A DNA stretch of 64,000 nt from Candidatus Nanopelagicales bacterium (GTDB lineage: Bacteria > Actinomycetota > Actinomycetes > S36-B12): NCBI GenBank assembly GCA_021741645.1, contig JAIOXK010000003.1, positions 3,504 to 67,503 of the forward strand, written 5' to 3'. The position numbers and the translations under genes are program-made. Shown piece after piece: positions 18,510-27,891 of the stretch (position 1 is its first letter; each line of letters opens with the position of its first letter). The notes below the pieces were generated by a model. That model was given only the letters and a program-made list of their open reading frames with translations. It was not told where the DNA came from and ran no database searches.

Positions 18510-19727
18510 ATGTCAACGCATTCGGCCTCTACTCAGGATGATCTCCGGCGGATCAATCGTGCCCGCCTGCTGAGGCGGCTGCACGAGGCCGGACCTGCCC
18601 GTAGATCCGACCTCGTGGCGTTCTCGGGTCTGAACCGCAGCACGGTAGGAGCGGTGATGGCCGATCTCGCCGAGTCCGGTGTCGTGCGAGAGGTGGCTGG
18701 TCGCCCCGGGCAGGTGGGGCGTCCCTCACTTCGTGTTGAGCCGGTGAGCGAATCTGCTGTCGTGGTCGCGTTCGACCTCCGCGTGGAGTCGACCGTGGTT
18801 GCACTGGTGGGGCTCGGTGGTGAGGAGCTGTGGCGACGGGAGCAGGAGCACGCGAGAGCGAAGTACACCGCGAAGGTTGCGGTGAAGAACCTGCTCTCCC
18901 TGACTCGTCAGGCACTTCGGCGTGCGCCGGAGGATGCGGCTTGGGTGGGCATCGGGATTGCTGTTCCTGGCATCGTCGACCACGCGGACGGTCTGGTTCG
19001 GTTCGCTCCCAACCTGGGATGGGTTGACGTACCGCTGGGTGCCTTGCTCAGGGAGGCGATCAGTGCGGAGTACGGCTTCGTGCCGCATCTTGCCATCAGC
19101 AACGACGCGGACCTCGGAGCGTTGGCCGAGCACGTGCGTGGCGTGGGTGCGGACAATCGGAACCTCATCTACCTCTCCGGAGAGGTCGGTATCGGCGGCG
19201 GCGTGATCATCGATGGTCGGCCCATGCTGGGAGCTGGAGGCTTCGGCGGCGAGGTCGGCCACATGGTCGTCAATCCGGCTGGAGTCGAGTGTCGCTGCGG
19301 TGCGACCGGCTGCTGGGAGACGGTGATCGGTCGCGACGCTCTCGTCAGGGCAGCAGGGCTCAAGAAGGACCATGCCACGGTGGAGGATGTCATCGCGGCG
19401 GCCGCGTCGGGAAGCGAACGCGCGCGTCGCGCTCTCGAGGAGGCCGGTGACTGGCTGGGCATAGGTCTGGCGAATCTGGTCAACGTCTTCAATCCCGAGG
19501 TCATCGTGCTGGGAGGCCACCTGCGCCTCCTGCATCCGTTCGCCTCGGACGCAGTCGATCGTCATGTACTCACGGCGGTGCCGGCGGCTCGGGAGCAGGT
19601 GCGCATCGAAGTGCCAGCACTCTCAGGGGACAGCCCGCTCCTCGGTGCAGCAGAGGCTGCCTTTGATGCGCTGCTGGCGGATCCGATCAGCGTGATCGCC
19701 GACGTGGCTCATGCCTCCGCATCCTGA
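18510..19727 (+). CDS. ROK family transcriptional regulator (XylR-like)
   Basis: N-terminal wHTH LRRINRARLLRRLHEAGPARRSDLVAFSGLNRSTV, then a ROK sugar-kinase-like domain with a CxCGxxGC zinc motif (CRCGATGC). Confidence 0.8.
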   Translation: MSTHSASTQDDLRRINRARLLRRLHEAGPARRSDLVAFSGLNRSTVGAVMADLAESGVVREVAGRPGQVGRPSLRVEPVSESAVVVAFDLRVESTVVALVGLGGEELWRREQEHARAKYTAKVAVKNLLSLTRQALRRAPEDAAWVGIGIAVPGIVDHADGLVRFAPNLGWVDVPLGALLREAISAEYGFVPHLAISNDADLGALAEHVRGVGADNRNLIYLSGEVGIGGGVIIDGRPMLGAGGFGGEVGHMVVNPAGVECRCGATGCWETVIGRDALVRAAGLKKDHATVEDVIAAAASGSERARRALEEAGDWLGIGLANLVNVFNPEVIVLGGHLRLLHPFASDAVDRHVLTAVPAAREQVRIEVPALSGDSPLLGAAEAAFDALLADPISVIADVAHASAS

Positions 19728-20562
19728 CGCTGCCGGACTCTCCGTGATCACGCTGTCGGTCGGATCCATGTCGGTCGTCGTCGATCCGAGTGATGGCGGC
19801 AGGGCGGTGTCCTGGACGGTGGCGGGGCGTCAGCTTCTGATGCAGCACGGAGGCGATCCCATCGAGTACGGCATGTATCCCATGGCGCCATGGGCGGGCC
19901 GCATCCGAGGCAACACGGTGCCTACTGGGTCGGGCACGCATCCGCTCCCGGCGACCTATGGCCCCTGGGCGCTCCACGGCACGGTCGTGACGAAGCCCAT
20001 GCAGGTGGTCAGCCTGACGATCACCGATGATCGTGCAGACCTTGAATTGGTCAGCGACTCGCATCCGGAGTGGCCGTGGCCGATGGTGGTGCGCACAAGG
20101 TGGACGCTGCACGGTCAGGCTCTGACGACGCAGATCGAGGTCGAGGCGCCCGATGAACCGTTCCCTGCCGTGGTGGGCTGGCATCCGTGGTTCGCCAAGA
20201 TGCTCGACGGTGTCGCGGCTCAGTGGCAAGCGGAGATCGACGGCATGCTCGTGCGTGACGGGTCGGCCCTGCCTGCGGCATACGCGGCCGACGTCACGCC
20301 TGGGCCTCACGACGATGCCTTCTCAGTGCCCTCGGGTGAGTGCAGGGTGACGTGGCCCGGGGTGCTGACCCTCGAGATTGTCGCGGACTCTGGTTGGTAT
20401 GTGGTGTTCGACGAACTGCCAGACGCGCTGTGCGTGGAGCCGCAGACCGGACCGCCTGACGGACTCGTCGATCATGAGTGGAGCCCAGTGCAGGTGGCGA
20501 GCCCTGGGCGTCCGGTGCGCCAGACCGTCAGTTGGCAGGTGCGTGACCTGCAGGCGGGTTGA
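19711..20562 (+). CDS. Aldose 1-epimerase family protein
   Basis: 283-aa ORF with mutarotase-like motifs (YGMYPMAPWAGRIRGN, GWHPWF). It overlaps the ROK gene end by 17 nt. Confidence 0.65.
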   Translation: MPPHPDAAGLSVITLSVGSMSVVVDPSDGGRAVSWTVAGRQLLMQHGGDPIEYGMYPMAPWAGRIRGNTVPTGSGTHPLPATYGPWALHGTVVTKPMQVVSLTITDDRADLELVSDSHPEWPWPMVVRTRWTLHGQALTTQIEVEAPDEPFPAVVGWHPWFAKMLDGVAAQWQAEIDGMLVRDGSALPAAYAADVTPGPHDDAFSVPSGECRVTWPGVLTLEIVADSGWYVVFDELPDALCVEPQTGPPDGLVDHEWSPVQVASPGRPVRQTVSWQVRDLQAG

Positions 20563-21640
20563 GACCGACGGTCGTACCCGTGGCGCCCGAAACCCTTGCC
20601 GCATCAAGGACCCGGAGCGTGGCCACCGCATCTGTCATCGACACGGGGGCGGCACTCTCGCCGGACATTGCGGCAGCAAGGCAGCGGTAGAAGTTCGGCC
20701 AGTTGCCGTGTTCCAGCGGCACCCGTGACTCCGTGGCCCTGTTGTCGTCGTCAAAGGTGCGCAGCGTGGCCGCCGAAGTCTCGGGTTCCACTCCCCAGTC
20801 CAGCGACGGAACGATTCCGGTGCGAAGGATGTCCTCTTGAGTGTCGGACGCATCGATGCGCAGTCCACCGTGAGTGCCGAGCACGGTCATGCGGGGTCCG
20901 GGAAAGGCTGAGATCTGGCTGGCCGTGAGGACGCTGATGGCCCCAGACTCATGGGTGAGGAGAAGCGTGACGTCATCATCGGTGGGGTCGAGCGGCCGGA
21001 CGGAGCGCACCGTGGCTGCGACCTGCACCGCTGGTCCCATCAGGGCGAGGGACTGGTCGACCAGGTGTGAGCCGAGGTCGTAGAGCATGCCGCCGAGATC
21101 AGCGGGATCAGGAGATCCGCGCCACCCCTGCTTGGGCACCACGCGCATGCGGTCGATGCGCGACTCGAAGCGGTGCACGAATCCGAGAGCCCCGGATTCG
21201 ACGACCCTGCGAGCGGTCAGAAAGTCGCTGTCCCAGCGCCGGTTCTGGAACGGAACGGCAAGCAGACCTCGTGACGCCGCAAGATCGGCCAGAGCCTGGG
21301 CCTGATCGGCATCAGCAGCTACGGGCTTGTCGACGACCACGTGGGCTCCAGCGGACAAGGCGAGCTCTGCGAACGGCACATGCGTGACATTGGCGGTGGC
21401 GATAACGACGAGGTCGAATGACGTGGTCATCGCCTCGTCCAGGCTGGAGTAGATCTCGGCATTCGGATGGTCCTGATGAGCCTGAACGGAGCGCTCGGCA
21501 TTCGATGTCACGATGCCGCGAAGATCCAAGGCGGGCACGGCAGAGATCAAAGGCGCGTGGAAGACCCGGCCTGCCAGGCCGTAGCCCACGAGAAGGACTG
21601 ACATCGTCATGAGGGCAGTCAACCACTCATGAGTCGGCAT
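20528..21640 (-). CDS. Gfo/Idh/MocA family oxidoreductase
   Basis: Rossmann N-terminus LLVGYGLAGRVFHAPLI. Start ambiguous (21640, 21610 or 21604). Confidence 0.75.
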   Translation of the reverse strand: MPTHEWLTALMTMSVLLVGYGLAGRVFHAPLISAVPALDLRGIVTSNAERSVQAHQDHPNAEIYSSLDEAMTTSFDLVVIATANVTHVPFAELALSAGAHVVVDKPVAADADQAQALADLAASRGLLAVPFQNRRWDSDFLTARRVVESGALGFVHRFESRIDRMRVVPKQGWRGSPDPADLGGMLYDLGSHLVDQSLALMGPAVQVAATVRSVRPLDPTDDDVTLLLTHESGAISVLTASQISAFPGPRMTVLGTHGGLRIDASDTQEDILRTGIVPSLDWGVEPETSAATLRTFDDDNRATESRVPLEHGNWPNFYRCLAAAMSGESAAPVSMTDAVATLRVLDAARVSGATGTTVGLNPPAGHAPAN

Positions 21641-21748
21641 CGGCTTGGCGGCTCTTACCTTCCTCGTACGTGCAATGAGGTTTGAGCCGGGCGAACTCGG
21701 GGGATACCCCTGCCAAGGAAGAACTCAGCTAGAGCATGTGGAGGCACG

Positions 21749-23086
21749 ATGAAGAAGCTCACATCAATTGCTGCGGCCGGGGGCATCATGGTTGTGGGGG
21801 TCGCCAGTGCGACGCCCGCAATGGCGCACGGATATGTCAATGGCCCCGAGTCCCGTTCGATGCTGTGCAAGGCAGGCGTGAACACGGACTGTGGCGGCGT
21901 GCAATATGAGCCGCAGAGCCTTGAGGGGCTGAAGGGATTCCCTGCCGCTGGGCCCGCGGACGGACAGATCGCCTCGGCTGGGGGACTGTTCGGCGGCAAG
22001 CTCGACGAGCAGTCCGCTGATCGCTGGGCGAAGACGGATGTCACCACCGGTCCGATGCAGTTCGACTGGACATTCACCGCTCCCCACAAGACGAGTGGGT
22101 GGCACTACTACATGACCGAGCAGGGCTGGGACCCCAATGCGCCGCTGAACCGAGCGGAGTTGCAGGAGATCGGGGCGGTCGCTCATGACGGGTCCGCAGC
22201 CTCGAACAACCCGTCGCACCTCATCACGGTGCCGTCCGATCGCTCGGGGTATCACGTGATTCTGGCCGTGTGGGACATCGCAGACACGGTCAATGCGTTC
22301 TATCAGGTGATCGATGTGAACGTGGTCGGTGAGGGTTCCCCGGATGTCGTTCCGCCGTCGAGCCCGACCGGCCTCGAGGCTGTCGATATCGAATCGGGTC
22401 AGGCCACGCTCCGCTGGAGCCCCTCGCGTGACGACGTCGGCGTCAAGGGCTACACCGTGTATCGCGACGGTAGTCGCGTCGGATTCACGGCGGACACCAC
22501 GTTCATCGACACGGGTGTGCTGCCGGGCCGGTCCTACACATACTCGGTGGTGGCGGCCGATGCTGCAGGAAACCGCTCGGCTCAGAGCTCCGCGCTGAGT
22601 GTGACGACACCGCAGGCACCGGATGTTGATGAGTCCGCGCCCTCCGCGCCGACCTACCTGCACTCCATGGGTGTCACGCCATCGTCCGTCGACCTGATGT
22701 GGGGCGCGTCCAACGATGACGTCGCCGTCGCTGACTACCTGGTGTTCCGAGACGGCATCGCCATCGGATCCACCACCATGCCTCGTCTGATGGACGATGG
22801 GCTGGCGCCTGACCGCAGCTATGCGTACGTGGTCAAGGCCCGCGACGCAGCAGGAAATGTCTCGGAGGCCAGCAACACGCTGGTGATCCGCACGGAGGGG
22901 GTGCCTGCTCCGGACCCCACGCCGGAGCCGACACCGGGTGCTGAACCGTGGAGTGACCGTGGTGCCTACGCCAAGGGCGATCGGGTGACCTTCAATGGCG
23001 CGACGTACGAGTGCATTCAGGGGTACCAGGGCTGGGGTGATCCGAACTGGATCAACGCACCATCCCTGTGGACCCAGGTCTCCTGA
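21749..23086 (+). CDS. Secreted AA10 lytic polysaccharide monooxygenase with 2 FN3 modules and a C-terminal CBM5/12-like module
   Basis: The signal peptide ends AMA, followed by HGYVNGPESRSMLCK..GGVQYEPQSLEG (N-terminal His of AA10). Two ~90-aa FN3-like repeats (PTGLEAV..YTYSVVAADAAGNRS and PTYLHSM..YAYVVKARDAAGNVS). C-terminus WSDRGAYAKGDRVTFNGATYECIQGYQGWGDPNW. Confidence 0.85.
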   Translation: MKKLTSIAAAGGIMVVGVASATPAMAHGYVNGPESRSMLCKAGVNTDCGGVQYEPQSLEGLKGFPAAGPADGQIASAGGLFGGKLDEQSADRWAKTDVTTGPMQFDWTFTAPHKTSGWHYYMTEQGWDPNAPLNRAELQEIGAVAHDGSAASNNPSHLITVPSDRSGYHVILAVWDIADTVNAFYQVIDVNVVGEGSPDVVPPSSPTGLEAVDIESGQATLRWSPSRDDVGVKGYTVYRDGSRVGFTADTTFIDTGVLPGRSYTYSVVAADAAGNRSAQSSALSVTTPQAPDVDESAPSAPTYLHSMGVTPSSVDLMWGASNDDVAVADYLVFRDGIAIGSTTMPRLMDDGLAPDRSYAYVVKARDAAGNVSEASNTLVIRTEGVPAPDPTPEPTPGAEPWSDRGAYAKGDRVTFNGATYECIQGYQGWGDPNWINAPSLWTQVS

Positions 23087-23117
23087 CCCACCCGCAGGTA
23101 CGCACGTCTGATGTGAA

Positions 23118-23156
23118 CGTGATGGTCGAGCGCCGAATCGGCGCTCGACCATCACG
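23118..23156. terminator. Bidirectional stem-loop terminator between convergent LPMO and TPP-enzyme genes
   Basis: Perfect 18-bp stem (23118..23135 pairs with 23139..23156) with loop AAT, verified base by base. Confidence 0.7.
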
Positions 23157-23164
23157 CATCTGAA

Positions 23165-24802
23165 TCAGTCCTCGAACCACCGCGGAGACGTCGTGCGCGG
23201 CGGGTGGAATGGCTCCCGAAGCACCACGATGCGCGGCTCGCCACGGGTATTGGCCTCGTGCGACCGCGACAGTGCCGCGCCGATGCCGGCGACGTTCGCG
23301 ACCTCCTCCGTCGCAATGCCGAACGCCTTGCCGAGAGCGGTCCAGTCGGGAGTCAGCAGGTCGACCCCGCGCTCCGGGTGGCCGAACACCTGCTGGTCGA
23401 ATCGGAGCATGCCGTAGCCACCGTCGTCGACGACCAGCAGCGTGATCGGAAGTGACTCCTGCGCGTACGTCGCCAGCTCCCCGAGGGCGAACATCGGGCC
23501 GCCATCACCGCAGACGGCCAGGGTGGGGATACCCACCGATGCCGGGCCGATGGCGGCGGGGAGGGCGTAGCCGAGGGTCCCCCACCCGACCGGATACTGA
23601 AGGCGGCGGGGGCGCGGCTGGGAGCTGTAGCCGCCGTACCAGTAGGCGCCCACCGCCATGTCGCACACGATCGCACTGGACGCCGGCCACGCGCCATCGA
23701 TCTGATGCACCCAGGCGACTCCCGCGGAGCCGCGGGGGTCCTTGGCCAGACGAGCCATGATGGTCGGCCGGATTCCCGTGACGGCGACCCACGCAGCGCG
23801 CTCGCGCACCCCGGTGTCCTCGAGTGTCTCGTCCAGAGCCGCAAGAGTGAGCCCCACATCAGCGCGGATGACCGAGTTCCAGTCGATGGTCCTGGTGACC
23901 ACATCGCCGAGGGTCACCACCGCTCGTCGATCCGGGAGCGGGATCCGCCAGTTCTTGGTGTTCATCCCGTCGAAGGACGATCCGAGGACCAGAAGCAGGT
24001 CCGATTGCGCCAGCAGTTCTGACACCTCAGGCTCGTGGACGGGCGCATCGACCAGATGAGCATCGCCCGCTAGCAGGCCGCGGCCTGCGTAGCTCGTGAG
24101 CACGGGTGCACCGATGCGATGCGCGAGCGCGCGCAGGGACTCCTCTGCATCGGCTGCCACGACTCCGCCCCCGGCCCAGATGACCGGCCGTTGGCTGACG
24201 CTGATGAGCTCGGCCAGTACCGACACGTCATGCGGGTCCGGGGCGAGTGCAGGCAGGTGCGGGATGTGGGGGATGGCAGACGTCCAGGCCTCGCCAAGGA
24301 CGTCGGTGGGGATCCCGACGTAGCTGCCTGCGGCGGGTGGCCCCCACGCTTCACGGAGGGCGAGCACTGTGGAGGCGATGGCGTCCTGCCGCGTCCGTGC
24401 TCGCCTGGCCGTGGCTCCGAAGGCCTCGAACAGCGCCCCCTGATCGGCCATCTCGTGCAGGATGCCGCGGGGCCCCTCGGGTGATCGCAGCGACGCGTTC
24501 ACCTCGCTGGCGAAGGTGAGGACAGGTGAGCCGCTGACGAAGGCCTCCCCGAAGGCGGCAACCATGTTGGCCGCCCCGGGTCCACTCGTGAGCAGTGCTG
24601 CGGCGATCTCGCCGGTCGCCCTATGCAGGGCATCGCTTGCATAGCCGGCCGCCTGCTCATGCCGCACGCCGATGATTCGCGGGATGTCCGGGCCCTCGGC
24701 ATCCCAGAAGGGGAGGTTGTGGACACCGGGAATGCCGAACGCGCGCCGAACTCCGTGTCGCCCCAACAGGGTCAAGATGGCAGAGGCGACGGACGTGCTC
24801 AT
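23165..24802 (-). CDS. Thiamine-pyrophosphate-dependent enzyme (acetolactate-synthase-like family; substrate unknown)
   Basis: N-terminal PYR domain (FGIPGVHNLPFWDA, HEQAAGYASDA, TSGPGAANM). TPP-binding motif CGDGGPMF..x..VVDDGGYG. Confidence 0.8.
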   Translation of the reverse strand: MSTSVASAILTLLGRHGVRRAFGIPGVHNLPFWDAEGPDIPRIIGVRHEQAAGYASDALHRATGEIAAALLTSGPGAANMVAAFGEAFVSGSPVLTFASEVNASLRSPEGPRGILHEMADQGALFEAFGATARRARTRQDAIASTVLALREAWGPPAAGSYVGIPTDVLGEAWTSAIPHIPHLPALAPDPHDVSVLAELISVSQRPVIWAGGGVVAADAEESLRALAHRIGAPVLTSYAGRGLLAGDAHLVDAPVHEPEVSELLAQSDLLLVLGSSFDGMNTKNWRIPLPDRRAVVTLGDVVTRTIDWNSVIRADVGLTLAALDETLEDTGVRERAAWVAVTGIRPTIMARLAKDPRGSAGVAWVHQIDGAWPASSAIVCDMAVGAYWYGGYSSQPRPRRLQYPVGWGTLGYALPAAIGPASVGIPTLAVCGDGGPMFALGELATYAQESLPITLLVVDDGGYGMLRFDQQVFGHPERGVDLLTPDWTALGKAFGIATEEVANVAGIGAALSRSHEANTRGEPRIVVLREPFHPPRTTSPRWFED

Positions 24803-24804
24803 CC

Positions 24805-26352
24805 CTAGGCCCGAGAGTCGAACATGCCGAGGAGGGCGGCGATGCCCAGCACACTTCGTGGCGAGTAGGCCGCCCGCCAGAGACCTCCGTGGTTGGCCCC
24901 CTGTGCGAACAGGTCCATGGGGTTGGCCAAGGGTGTGCTCGGCTGAGCCGCTGCAGACGGATTGCGGAGGTCATGCACCAGGAGTGCAGCCATGAGCGTC
25001 GTCGTCGTCGGTGGGTCGAAGACCTCGACGCCAAAGCGCCCGGCACCGGCGTACGCGGCTGCTAGCGCCCGATTCTTGACGACGGAATTGGTGCGAGTGG
25101 CCGGGGCAAGATTCAAGGAGACAGGGACGCCGTCAGCCCGGGCGACGAGAGCACGCCAGCGCTGAAGGCGCTTGGCGAGGGCGTAGTTGGGTCCCTGCTG
25201 GGGCACCAGTGAGTCGTTGATGCCGAACACGTTGCCGTTGTCTGCGGTGTAGGTGCGCGTGTAGTTCGGCTCGAACTGCTTCAGCAGGCGCAGCGGCGTC
25301 TGGAGCAGACCGCCGATCCCTCGCGACTCCCATCTGCGCCGTGACTCCTCGACCGCCGCGAGGGGAACCATGAACACGTCCGTCGGCGTTGCGAGGTAGG
25401 CGAGGGTGACGTCCGTGCGAGTGGACGTGAGCTCGGTGACGATGGCGTCTGCGGCCATCGACAGCAGCACGTGGGCGGAGCCGTCCGCGTAGGCGTACAT
25501 GCCCATGACGAAGGGATTCTCGATCTGGCGCAGCCACGTCAGGAGTTCGGGAGTCTGGCGCAGGAGGTCTGCACCCGCATGAGTCGCGACGGCGTCGTCG
25601 TCCTCTGGATGCACGTGCCCGCCCACGACGAACGGGGGCTGGCCGTGGTCGTCCAGGGCCACCGGGATGCGGAGCGACCCTGCGGTGCTCCGAGTAGTGG
25701 AGATCAGGCGCTGCCAGATGTCCGGGCGCGGCAGGTCCACCGCATGGACGCGCGCTCCCCAGCGCAGCAGGGATCGAGTCGGGGCGAGTTCGGCCCCCGC
25801 TCCGAGCACGGCGATGTCGATATCCCGCAGGTCCATCCACTCCGGGTTGGCCACGATCAGGTCGATCGCCTCCGCGAAGCCGGGCTCGGCGATGCCCGTG
25901 CCAACCCAGGAGTCGATCTGCCGGCGCAGGTCGTCACCGAAGAGGCGACGTCCCTTGTAGGGAAGGGTGAGCCGCGTCTCGCGATCGGCGATGCCCTGCA
26001 CGGTGACGGATCCGAAGCCGGGCGCGGACCAGCGGCGCATCGCCTCCCAGAGCGGCAGCTGCTCGCCAGATCGGGAGAACACGAATCTGCGGTGAGCGGA
26101 CTCGAGGCCGTCACGCGAGACGGTGAGGGCAGCTTCACTGTTCATGGCAGAGGCGAGGGAGATGTCGCGCAGGGGGCCGATGTAGCCGCCGCGCCAGTCT
26201 GATGTGTGCTCGATCTGCGCTGCGATTCCGGGGTCCACTCTGCGGGCGCAGTCCGCGAACACCGCGCGTCCGGTCGCACTCGTGCTGCGCTGGCCGTCAC
26301 CGCCCGTGGGGAAGGCGACGCCTTCCATCTCGGTGCGGGGAACGTCAGCCAT
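24805..26352 (-). CDS. Conserved-looking 515-aa protein of unknown function with a central Rossmann-like segment
   Basis: Long ORF tightly packed between the ferredoxin-reductase and TPP-enzyme genes (2-nt and 9-nt gaps). IAVLGAGAELAPTRSLLRWGARVHAVD resembles a beta-alpha-beta dinucleotide-binding unit. I recognise no family. Confidence 0.6.
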   Translation of the reverse strand: MADVPRTEMEGVAFPTGGDGQRSTSATGRAVFADCARRVDPGIAAQIEHTSDWRGGYIGPLRDISLASAMNSEAALTVSRDGLESAHRRFVFSRSGEQLPLWEAMRRWSAPGFGSVTVQGIADRETRLTLPYKGRRLFGDDLRRQIDSWVGTGIAEPGFAEAIDLIVANPEWMDLRDIDIAVLGAGAELAPTRSLLRWGARVHAVDLPRPDIWQRLISTTRSTAGSLRIPVALDDHGQPPFVVGGHVHPEDDDAVATHAGADLLRQTPELLTWLRQIENPFVMGMYAYADGSAHVLLSMAADAIVTELTSTRTDVTLAYLATPTDVFMVPLAAVEESRRRWESRGIGGLLQTPLRLLKQFEPNYTRTYTADNGNVFGINDSLVPQQGPNYALAKRLQRWRALVARADGVPVSLNLAPATRTNSVVKNRALAAAYAGAGRFGVEVFDPPTTTTLMAALLVHDLRNPSAAAQPSTPLANPMDLFAQGANHGGLWRAAYSPRSVLGIAALLGMFDSRA

Positions 26353-26361
26353 GGTCGGAGA

Positions 26362-27546
26362 TTAGCAATGTGATCGGGCCGCGATTTCTTTGCGATAGGG
26401 GATGAGGTCAGAGGTGCGATCAATGCCCACCACGCCCACGAGTCCCAAGGGATCCCGGTACTCGACGATGCAGGGACCATTCAGGTCGCCGTCGACGAGA
26501 CTGATGTCCGTGGCCAGGCCCGGCATTCCGAATGACTGGATCCTAAGGGCGTACTGATCGGACCAGAAAGAGGGCATGGCGGTGAAGGGGGCCTCGCTAG
26601 GCGATTCCCCGCGGAGGATCTGTGCCAGTGTCTGTCCTGCTCGCCGTCCAGTCTCGGTGGGGATGCTCCAATGTTCGACTCGTCGCGGCGCTGAGCCGAA
26701 GAGGGCATTGGGGTGGCGAGCGATGTCTCCCACCGCGACCACGGGCGCCAGCTCGGTTGGCACCCGCATGGCGCTATCAGTCTCGACTCCGTCGCTCAGG
26801 TCGAGTCCGTTGCCCTCGAGCCACTCAACATTGGGCACGCTACCCACGGCTTCGATGAGCACATCGGCCAGAAGCTCCGTCCCGTCATCCAAGGTCACAC
26901 TTCGAACTTGGTCACCGCCATTGGTTGCTTCAATGGTGTGCCCGAGTCGAAAGTGCACCCCCTGAGCCTCATGGCGACGCCGCAACGCTGAACTCAACTC
27001 GTCACCAAGCGGCCGGACCATCGGCTCATGATCAGCGGCGATGACGGTCACGTGCGCGCCAAGTGCGCGTGCCGTGGCTGCAACCTCACACCCGAGGAAG
27101 CCGGATCCGAGAATGACCAGATTCAGTTCACGTCGAAGCCTTGCTCGGACTGCTGCAGCATCGGCAGCGGTGCGCAGCACGAATCGTCCTTGGGTCGGGC
27201 CGGGAAACGGTAGCCGTCGTGGTCTGATGCCTGTTGCGATGACGAGCGCGTCGAAGGGCACGGCCTCACCGGTATCGAGGGTGAGAAGGCGGTCGGTCAG
27301 ATCAGTTTTCGTGATCGTGGAGTTGACCATCCAGTCGACATCGTCGACGGAGGACTTTCGTGGAAACTCCAGAGCCTCAACGTCGACGCCGTTGAGCAGG
27401 GCCCCCTTCGAAAGGGGAGGTCGGTTGTACGGCATGGAGTCCTCGTTGCCGATGACCGTGAGGGGACCCGCGAAACCGCTCGCACGCAATGACTCTGCGG
27501 TCCGAAGCGCTCCGAGTCCGCCGCCTGCTACGACCACACCATTCAT
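26362..27546 (-). CDS. NAD(P)H-dependent ferredoxin reductase (FAD, pyridine-nucleotide disulfide oxidoreductase fold)
   Basis: VVVAGGGLGALRTAESLR..YNRPPLSK and a second GSGFLGCEVA motif. Start set to ATG 27546 (MNGVVVAGGG). The track ORF extends to 27585. Confidence 0.8.
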   Translation of the reverse strand: MNGVVVAGGGLGALRTAESLRASGFAGPLTVIGNEDSMPYNRPPLSKGALLNGVDVEALEFPRKSSVDDVDWMVNSTITKTDLTDRLLTLDTGEAVPFDALVIATGIRPRRLPFPGPTQGRFVLRTAADAAAVRARLRRELNLVILGSGFLGCEVAATARALGAHVTVIAADHEPMVRPLGDELSSALRRRHEAQGVHFRLGHTIEATNGGDQVRSVTLDDGTELLADVLIEAVGSVPNVEWLEGNGLDLSDGVETDSAMRVPTELAPVVAVGDIARHPNALFGSAPRRVEHWSIPTETGRRAGQTLAQILRGESPSEAPFTAMPSFWSDQYALRIQSFGMPGLATDISLVDGDLNGPCIVEYRDPLGLVGVVGIDRTSDLIPYRKEIAARSHC

Positions 27547-27554
27547 TTTCAGAC

Positions 27555-27743
27555 CTAGGAAACGGTGATCGCCTGCATGGGACACATGTCGGCAGCCCGT
27601 TCCGCGTCGTCCCGCCGTTCGTCTCCGACGCCGCTGGTCGGCACGCTGACGCCGTCGTCATCCAGTTCAAACAGGTCCTCAGACTCGAGAACACACTGGC
27701 CATAGCCCTCGCACTTCGCACGATCCACCACGATGGTGAGCAT
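27555..27743 (-). CDS. Small [3Fe-4S]/[4Fe-4S]-type ferredoxin (P450 redox partner type)
   Basis: 62-aa protein with MLTIVVDRAKCEGYGQCV....CPMQAI. ATG 27743 follows AGGAGG. Confidence 0.8.
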   Translation of the reverse strand: MLTIVVDRAKCEGYGQCVLESEDLFELDDDGVSVPTSGVGDERRDDAERAADMCPMQAITVS

Positions 27744-27784
27744 CACGCGGAACCTCCTCTGTGAATAGGGTAGGCACAAGACAT

Positions 27785-27800
27785 TGTTCGGACCCTAATG
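27785..27800. promoter_or_regulatory. Operator-like palindrome, copy 1 (TGTTCGGACCCTAATG; reverse complement CATTAGGGTCCGAACA)
   Basis: One of four near-identical 16-mers in island promoters. It sits 42 nt upstream of the ferredoxin ATG, in the divergent region shared with the PuuD-like gene. Confidence 0.6.
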
Positions 27801-27891
27801 GACAATGGGGCAGCGGTTTGTCTTCGCCACCAGTTCAGGCGCGTGAGGCGATCTGCTGGCGAAGGGTCAACGACCGAGAACGGAGTAGTAC

